Source of the DNA: Pseudobdellovibrionaceae bacterium
GTDB taxonomy: Bacteria > Bdellovibrionota > Bdellovibrionia > Bdellovibrionales > Bdellovibrionaceae
Direction of reading: 5' to 3'
Assembly (NCBI GenBank): GCA_041288045.1
Contig: JBGGMM010000042.1
Location: forward strand, 1-13,207
Length of the DNA stretch: 13,207 nucleotides
The notes under the pieces: model-generated
Seen by the model: the letters and a program-made list of their open reading frames with translations, nothing else
What the model was told of the DNA's origin: nothing
The model's database searches: none
Program-made: the position numbers and the translations under genes
In this document: positions 1-5,762 of the stretch, piece after piece
Layout: each line of letters begins with the position of its first letter
How positions within the stretch are numbered: position 1 is the first letter of the stretch

Positions 1-456
1 ATGCGCCGGGGGTTTCGGTCACCTCTTGCTTTTTCCATCTGTGAAAGAGTGCTTCGCCGCTATTCGAAAAAGTTCTTTGTGAAAATCGAGCAGAAAGCCA
101 TTTGTGGAGATCACATTCATTTACTCATTCGGATCACCAGAAGATCACTCGCTCAGCATTTTCTAAGAGTTGTGGCAGGACAAATTGCTCAGGAATTTGG
201 AAAGAGCAATCTCTTGGTGACTGATACCCCCCACCCAACCACGGGATCTGGGCAAGCTCACGGAAAAGCACAGAAAAAGAAGACCAAGCTTTGGAAATTC
301 AGGCCTTTCACACGAGTTGTGAAAGGGTGGAAAGCTTATCTCACAGTTAGGAATTATATCAGGCTCAATGAGAAAGAGGCCAAAGGTGAGATCAAGTACT
401 CGAAGCAAAGATTGAGAGGGCTTTCGACAGCCGATTGGCAGGTGCTTTGGAGTTAG
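1..456 (+). CDS. IS200/IS605-superfamily Y1 HUH (RAYT-like) transposase, probably 5'-truncated by the window edge
   Basis: HUH motif GDHIHLLI (H-I-H at 112-120), then R..AG.IA helix, LW..RPFTRVV, and a conserved-position Tyr in VRNYIRLN (355-357). The first His-containing strand of the Y1 fold is missing, so the true start is probably upstream of base 1. No tnpB downstream. Confidence 0.8.
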   Translation: MRRGFRSPLAFSICERVLRRYSKKFFVKIEQKAICGDHIHLLIRITRRSLAQHFLRVVAGQIAQEFGKSNLLVTDTPHPTTGSGQAHGKAQKKKTKLWKFRPFTRVVKGWKAYLTVRNYIRLNEKEAKGEIKYSKQRLRGLSTADWQVLWS

Positions 457-546
457 ATGCAGGCGCGAGGAGTCTGTCCATGGGCAGCGCAGTTGTGAAA
501 ATTCTTCAGGTGCTGGGGAGTGTTCTGGCTTATAGATGGCTTGGGA

Positions 547-562
547 TTGGCCGTGAATTTGC
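547..562 (+). promoter_or_regulatory. Putative sigma-54 (RpoN) -24/-12 promoter of the lytic transglycosylase gene
   Basis: TTGGCCGTGAATTTGC: GG(549-550)-N10-GC(561-562), matching TGGCAC-N5-TTGC spacing. ATG at 577. Confidence 0.65.
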
Positions 563-576
563 CTTTCTTATGACGA

Positions 577-2040
577 ATGCAAAAAGTCATTATCCAAATC
601 CAAAAGTACAAGTTGCCTCTCACCGGGTTTATTTCCTTTGCCGCTGGTGCGCTGACAGTTCTAGCGATGAACTCGCAGTTTCAGTTTTCAACAGAAGCAG
701 ATCCGCAAGAGATTCAAGTCGGGGCTTTAGAGCCTGTGTCGGTTCCTGCCTCGGCCCCAGCTGAAGAAGAATCCGAAAGCAAAAATGAATCTTCTTTGCC
801 TTTCTGGAAATCTGCCCAGAATTTTCAAAGTCCCATTGATTTGAATGTTCCTGAAATCATGGACATCGAACCTGAGGCAGCTCCTGAAATTACCAGCGAG
901 ACAGTGGATCAGATTCTTTCTGATTATCAAAATCGCATCGGTGACGATTTTGAAATTCCATCTTTGATTTTCAATCAGACGAAATTTTGGTTTCGCGTTT
1001 ACACTGAATTTGATTCCAATAAAAAAATCATTCATGACTCGCTTCATCCGCACATCATTTTGGATGTGGTGGATATTTCAGACGTCATGTCTCGTCCCAG
1101 TCGAGTTCGTTGGCTCAATACAGTGAAGGCCGAAAAAATGGTTTCTAAGCGCCTCGCTGAAATTCGCATCAAGCTGAAGAAAATGGCGCGAAAGAAAAAA
1201 GAAAATATGGATGAAGAAGAATTGGCTTGGCTCTCGCAATACGAAGAGATCAAGGGCAATCAAAAGAAAATCATTCTGACTTCAGCGCAAAATCTGAGAA
1301 TTCAGACGGGACAGAAAAATTTCTTTCAAAATGGACTTTCCATCAGTGGACGATATTTGGATGGAATGGAATCGATTTTCAAAGAGCGGGGATTGCCAGT
1401 GGAGCTCACAAGACTTCCATTTGTGGAATCCAGTTTCGTGATTGGCGCCACCAGCAAAGTGGGTGCTGCAGGGATTTGGCAATTCATGCCTGGAATAGGT
1501 CGACAGTTTATGATGGTCAATGATCGAATCGATGAGCGACGAAACCCTTGGAAAGCGACCGAGGCTGCGGCCAAACTCTTAAAAGAAAATTACATCATTC
1601 TTCATAAAAAATGGGGCTTAGCTTTGACGGCCTACAATCACGGTCCGGGCGGAGTCAGACGAGCCATGGAAGTGACGGGCTCTCGGGATATTGCGAAAAT
1701 CGTCAGATCCTATCGTTCAAGGAATTTTGATTTTGCCTCTTCGAATTTCTTCACTTGTTTCCTGGCGGCGCTGCATGCTCAGATGTACAGAGATCTTTTG
1801 TTCCCTGATCACGTGTATGAGCCAGCTTTGATGTCGGATTCAATGAAGCTGAAGCAATCCTATCGCCCCAAACATTTGGTGGAGCTCACTGGGCTTTCCG
1901 CTGAGCAGATCCTGAGTTACAATCCCGAGCTGGACCGGGCTTTCCGCCGCAACGAGATTGTCCCGAAGGGTTACCGCCTCTTCGTGCCTATCGAAGCAAA
2001 GCTCTCGATGACCAAACCGATTGCAGCTAAAGAGCCCTAA
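577..2040 (+). CDS. mltD: Lytic murein transglycosylase, SLT domain, MltD-like, with N-terminal hydrophobic anchor/signal and C-terminal degenerate LysM-like domain
   Basis: Catalytic motif LPFVESSF (Glu at 1426-1428), ATSKVGAAGIWQFMP, DERRNPWKATEAAAKLL, WGLALTAYNHGPG. C-terminal YNPEL...VPKGYRLFVP is LysM-like. N-terminal hydrophobic stretch LPLTGFISFAAGALTVLAM. Confidence 0.9.
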   Translation: MQKVIIQIQKYKLPLTGFISFAAGALTVLAMNSQFQFSTEADPQEIQVGALEPVSVPASAPAEEESESKNESSLPFWKSAQNFQSPIDLNVPEIMDIEPEAAPEITSETVDQILSDYQNRIGDDFEIPSLIFNQTKFWFRVYTEFDSNKKIIHDSLHPHIILDVVDISDVMSRPSRVRWLNTVKAEKMVSKRLAEIRIKLKKMARKKKENMDEEELAWLSQYEEIKGNQKKIILTSAQNLRIQTGQKNFFQNGLSISGRYLDGMESIFKERGLPVELTRLPFVESSFVIGATSKVGAAGIWQFMPGIGRQFMMVNDRIDERRNPWKATEAAAKLLKENYIILHKKWGLALTAYNHGPGGVRRAMEVTGSRDIAKIVRSYRSRNFDFASSNFFTCFLAALHAQMYRDLLFPDHVYEPALMSDSMKLKQSYRPKHLVELTGLSAEQILSYNPELDRAFRRNEIVPKGYRLFVPIEAKLSMTKPIAAKEP

Positions 2041-2114
2041 AATGACAATTCTGGGCGGTTCGCTAAATGTTCATCACCCTCATTCGAATGGAAAGCAAAT
2101 AAAAACGCTTTGGT

Positions 2115-2130
2115 TTGGCCCTGAGTTTGA
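2115..2130 (+). promoter_or_regulatory. Putative sigma-54-type promoter (GG-N10-GA variant)
   Basis: TTGGCCCTGAGTTTGA is 13/16 identical to the 547-562 motif and has the same 28-nt GG-to-ATG distance. The -12 element is GA rather than GC. Confidence 0.5.
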
Positions 2131-2144
2131 AATCAATCAGGCTC

Positions 2145-2792
2145 ATGACAAACTCAAAGCTGATTCCAATTTTATCTGTGCTTTTCCTTTCCCTCGCTGC
2201 CAAGGCTTCTGTCCAGTTTGATTTTTGCGATCCAGTCCAAGTGATCGATGCTGAAATGAACTACCTACGGGGCTACACTCTCAAAGATTTCTCTTTGAGC
2301 GAATCTGTGTATACAAAATCAATTCTGGATCCAGATGAGATGCGACTGGCAGATCTTCCCGCCCAGGCAATTCCCAAGGGCGATTACTTGATCACCGAGA
2401 CAAAAACCTGTCAGCTCACCAGCTCTCATGGGCAGCGGCTTCAATCTTTTTTTGTGATTCAAAATCAAAATGGACAAAGTTACCAAGTGCCAATGGAAAA
2501 AATGAATGCCTATTTGAAAGCGGTTGTCAGAAAAGAAGTCCAAAAGATCTCTTTTGCCTACAAAGAGCAATCAAAGAGATACCAATCTTTGGATGAGGCC
2601 CAAGACAACCTCCGCCTACAGGCTCTCAGCTATTGCATCCAGTTTGGAAAGATGACTCAGTTTAAAGCCCTGCCAGAAGCGAAATGGGTTCGCGATGAGT
2701 CCGCCAAGGGATTGAACAATGAATTTTTCAATCCCGCTTATTACGGAATGGCGTGGACGCGGACATTGGTCACAGAATTCACATGTCAGTAG
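2145..2792 (+). CDS. Hypothetical secreted protein (215 aa, 4 Cys)
   Basis: ATG at 2145 gives a Sec signal peptide MTNSKLIPILSVLFLSLAAKA|S with an AxA site. The ORF-track TTG at 2115 lies inside the promoter-like motif. No family recognised. Confidence 0.75.
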   Translation: MTNSKLIPILSVLFLSLAAKASVQFDFCDPVQVIDAEMNYLRGYTLKDFSLSESVYTKSILDPDEMRLADLPAQAIPKGDYLITETKTCQLTSSHGQRLQSFFVIQNQNGQSYQVPMEKMNAYLKAVVRKEVQKISFAYKEQSKRYQSLDEAQDNLRLQALSYCIQFGKMTQFKALPEAKWVRDESAKGLNNEFFNPAYYGMAWTRTLVTEFTCQ

Positions 2793-3258
2793 AGTTCGCA
2801 GAGGATTCTTCTGAGCGGAAAAGACGCCCCTGAATATCATAAAGAATTTCATCTTCTTTGCTCTTCCAAACCTCGTGGTAGGTCATGCTCTGACCCTGGA
2901 CTGAGATGGAAACTTTGATGATGAATTTTTCGTTGTAAACTTCGGTCCATGAATAGTCTGAATCTGACCAAGATCCAACTGGCGATCCTTCCAAAAAAAG
3001 CTTTTGACCTTCTTTTTGGAATTCGAGATCGGGAATTTCCATTGTGACAATATGGCAGTCGAAGAATCCGCGAATTCTTTGAAGTGTCTGAGCGTCTTCT
3101 GAAAAAGCCAGGCTCATGGCAGGACATTCGATATCAGTGCCGTCATAGTTCCAAGCGCCCCAGCCGGTCCATTTGCCATCAAGATTTGCAGATGCAGATT
3201 CTGCATTGGCCATGAAAAATGAGAAACTCACAAGGGCTGCGAAAAAGAACTTTTGCAT
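2779..3258 (-). CDS. Hypothetical secreted beta-rich protein, possibly lipocalin-like barrel (159 aa)
   Basis: GGAG RBS (3266-3269) 7 nt before ATG 3258. Signal peptide MQKFFFAALVSFSFFMANAESASA, then LDGKWTG (GxW motif), alternating beta-strand pattern and two Cys. Overlaps the convergent gene by 14 bp. Confidence 0.75.
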   Translation of the reverse strand: MQKFFFAALVSFSFFMANAESASANLDGKWTGWGAWNYDGTDIECPAMSLAFSEDAQTLQRIRGFFDCHIVTMEIPDLEFQKEGQKLFLEGSPVGSWSDSDYSWTEVYNEKFIIKVSISVQGQSMTYHEVWKSKEDEILYDIQGRLFRSEESSANSTDM

Positions 3259-3441
3259 TTTCAAACTCCAGTCAAAATTGAAAGTGATGCTTGGGTTGGG
3301 TGGTCAGCATGCTTGGCCTTCATCTTCAATCGGACTTTGTTCTGAATCAAAGAAAAAATATTCGTGAAGGTCGGAAGCCCAGCAAGGTTAACAGTTGAAC
3401 AAAACTTAGTCGGTTGGGCGCGTTAAGAATCGACCTCGGGA

Positions 3442-3458
3442 TGGGTCTCCAGTTTGCA
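3442..3458 (+). promoter_or_regulatory. Putative sigma-54 -24/-12 promoter
   Basis: TGGGTCTCCAGTTTGCA: GG(3444-3445)-N10-GC(3456-3457) with a TTTGCA -12 box. The predicted TSS (~3469) lies just before RBS AAGGGAGG (3473-3480). Confidence 0.6.
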
Positions 3459-3484
3459 AACAAATGACGTTTAAGGGAGGTCTC

Positions 3485-5458
3485 ATGAAGTTGCGATTCA
3501 AAATGAGACAAGGAGTGGGTGGCTTGATGCTGGCCCTCACTCTCACCGGATCCTTAAGTTGGGCAGTACCTCCTTTGTGTGATCCTTATTTGAAAGCATC
3601 CAAAGACTGCAACTGCGAAGCGGCTCCAAAAGTGGAGAGCCCGGCGCAAGCCGTTAGGGATTTGCGCGAAATCATCATGACTCCGAAAACGACCAATGCT
3701 CCGAACACTCTTGGAAAAACATTGGCTCAATCCTATCAGAAGGATTTGCAAAAATGGAAGCGAGTGCAAACTTATCTCGATTCGAAAAAACGAAAAAACC
3801 TCAATCTTGCCGAATCCGGAGATCAACAGATCGTCCTGGATCGCCTGAAGACAGAGTATCAACTTTTGATCAAAGCCGATTTGAGCGTCAAGGAAACCGA
3901 AGAAAAACACCGGATCTGTTTAACCGAGTGTTCTGCTCCGCGACGATTGGAATTGGAAAAAGAAATCGCTGATTTTCAAAAAATCAAATTCTCTTTGATG
4001 GCCAGAAATCCGATTTTTCTCAATAAAAGTCTGGTGCATTGGGTGGATCGGAATGTCAAACCCATGGGGAAGAATGAAATTTCATCGGAAGGGTTTGAAT
4101 CTTTGCTGGCGCAAGGAGTGGAAGAGCATATTTCGACTTTGCAATCCAAGATATCAGATGTGAAGGCCTTTCTCTCTGATTACGACAAAAAACCCAAAGA
4201 GCGGCAGTGGATCGACAGCAAATCGGAATTTCCTGCAAAATTTCCGTCTCAGTTTTACTCTCTCACTCCTGATTTGCTCAATCAGGCTCTGTCAAAATGG
4301 GAAAATCTCAATTCACCTGATCGAAGCCTTTATTGTCAGACTTGGGTCATCTATGACAAAGCCGTTCAATCCCAGAAAACCAATCAGGAAGTGGCTCAAG
4401 GCGCTTTTGCAGTGACGGCGCTGGTGGGAACAGCGCTGACTCGAGGGCTTTCAAGATTCGGCGGAAAACTTTTTACGCCTGGAACGGTTTCAGCCGTCGG
4501 CACTGGCGTTGGGGCTGGATTGGCACAGGGCGGATCTGCAGCTTTGGCTCTCAGTGAGGCCATCATTTTGGCCACCAATCACAACGAGTGCCGACAAAAA
4601 AAATCCAGTGTTCAGATCAATCCCAGCGTCAGCGGTGTAAAGGATTCTCAAGTCTGTGATGAGGAACTAGAAGATGAAACCCTGGAGGCTTTGGCCGCCG
4701 GTGGTTCCGCGGGTGCCGTGGGACTCATTCGACACATTCAAAAAGTGCGAAATTTCCGTTCTCTCATTTTAGCTTCTGATATGGCGAAACCGCCAGTGCC
4801 AGTGCTTGGAAAAACGGGAGCCTTTACCGTGAAGACTTCAGAACAGCACTTTGTCACGACTGTTGATTTAGCGAAAGTTCCCGCCAAAGACAAAAGTGCG
4901 ATGGATGCGTTGTATTGGGATTATTTGCAGTTTTATAAACAGCAGCTTCAGCGGACCATGGCCAAATTTGGCCGGCGAGATCCTGGAATGGTGATGAGTG
5001 AGCAAGAGCTGGATAAAATGATCAGTGGGGCATGGGCCATGCGCGAAAGAACGGTGTTCGCAGTCAAGACGGATGCCGCTCCTTTTTCTGAAAATCGCCG
5101 ATTCATGTCAGGGATGGCGCATGTGAGAGCTCAAAACACCTCTGAAACTTTGCCCTCCGATGATGCCTTTAAGCTTCCTCGGGAAAACGGCAAAGGGGTT
5201 GAAATTGGCCGACTCTCCGTGGATTCCACTTTGGATGAAGCGGAACGAAAAAAATCAATTGAAGACTTGGTCCAGATTTACAGGCCGGTGCTTGCCCGTG
5301 ATGCTGGAGTCGGTCCCATTGGGATTCGGACTTCGGTGAAACACAAAGAGTATTACAAGCACACTTTTAAAGAATTGATAGATGAGGATGCTGTCGTCAA
5401 TGACCGTGATGTGATCCTAAAAATTACGCCAGCCATTCGAAAGTATGAGATTCTGTGA
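3485..5458 (+). CDS. Large secreted hypothetical protein: helical N-terminal region, Gly/Ala-rich hydrophobic segment, C-terminal GNAT-like (LuxI/FeeM-type) domain
   Basis: Strong RBS AAGGGAGG before ATG 3485. Signal peptide ...GLMLALTLTGSLSWA. Coiled-coil-like K/E-rich helices and Cys pairs. GxxxG-rich segment at 4394-4573. C-terminal LPSDDAF...VEIGRLSVD...HKEYYK. The CDS is confident, the function tentative. Confidence 0.75.
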   Translation: MKLRFKMRQGVGGLMLALTLTGSLSWAVPPLCDPYLKASKDCNCEAAPKVESPAQAVRDLREIIMTPKTTNAPNTLGKTLAQSYQKDLQKWKRVQTYLDSKKRKNLNLAESGDQQIVLDRLKTEYQLLIKADLSVKETEEKHRICLTECSAPRRLELEKEIADFQKIKFSLMARNPIFLNKSLVHWVDRNVKPMGKNEISSEGFESLLAQGVEEHISTLQSKISDVKAFLSDYDKKPKERQWIDSKSEFPAKFPSQFYSLTPDLLNQALSKWENLNSPDRSLYCQTWVIYDKAVQSQKTNQEVAQGAFAVTALVGTALTRGLSRFGGKLFTPGTVSAVGTGVGAGLAQGGSAALALSEAIILATNHNECRQKKSSVQINPSVSGVKDSQVCDEELEDETLEALAAGGSAGAVGLIRHIQKVRNFRSLILASDMAKPPVPVLGKTGAFTVKTSEQHFVTTVDLAKVPAKDKSAMDALYWDYLQFYKQQLQRTMAKFGRRDPGMVMSEQELDKMISGAWAMRERTVFAVKTDAAPFSENRRFMSGMAHVRAQNTSETLPSDDAFKLPRENGKGVEIGRLSVDSTLDEAERKKSIEDLVQIYRPVLARDAGVGPIGIRTSVKHKEYYKHTFKELIDEDAVVNDRDVILKITPAIRKYEIL

Positions 5459-5473
5459 AGTGTCCTGAGCCCA

Positions 5474-5519
5474 ATCGCACAACAGGTGCGATGTTGACCC
5501 TGAAGGGTGTCTTTAAATT
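5474..5519 (+). terminator. Possible weak terminator / tandem hairpins after the 657-aa gene
   Basis: ATCGCAC-aacag-GTGCGAT (perfect 7-bp stem, 5474-5492) followed by ACCC-tgaa-GGGT (5497-5508) and TTTAAATT. The U-tract is poor. Confidence 0.35.
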
Positions 5520-5762
5520 CTGACTTTGGTCCTGATAAGAGTTTCGACAGCTGTTCACACTCTCAAGTAAATCCGGCGATTTTTCGAAATCACAGACTGT
5601 CTCAAGATGATCCAAGTTGAACGTCAGTTGCTTCTGAATTTGAAATGGAGGGAAACAAATCTCATTTTGAGTCAGTGAAGAAGATCAGCACACTGCTTGC
5701 ACTGAGAGCATTTGTTCGTATTCAAATTCAAACAATAAAAAATGATTTCTTTTGGGGGGATC

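Noticed and set aside
231..240. CCACCCAACC matching the reverse complement at ~3294-3303 (possible element ends)
   Set aside because: It is a 10-bp low-complexity match that could arise by chance in 13 kb. One copy is inside a CDS.
435..764. 109-aa + strand ORF and the other short overlapping/antisense ORFs in the track
   Set aside because: They overlap well-supported genes in other frames and lack RBS or motifs. The antisense ORFs over the repeat genes are expected shadows.
2081..2090. Perfect palindrome CATTCGAATG (also AGCATGCT at 3306-3313)
   Set aside because: Short single-copy dyads with no supporting context. They cannot be distinguished from chance.
5459..5762. Riboswitch (e.g. c-di-GMP) in the 300-bp intergenic region
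   Set aside because: Hairpins exist but I could not find the conserved aptamer motifs. An Rfam scan would be needed.
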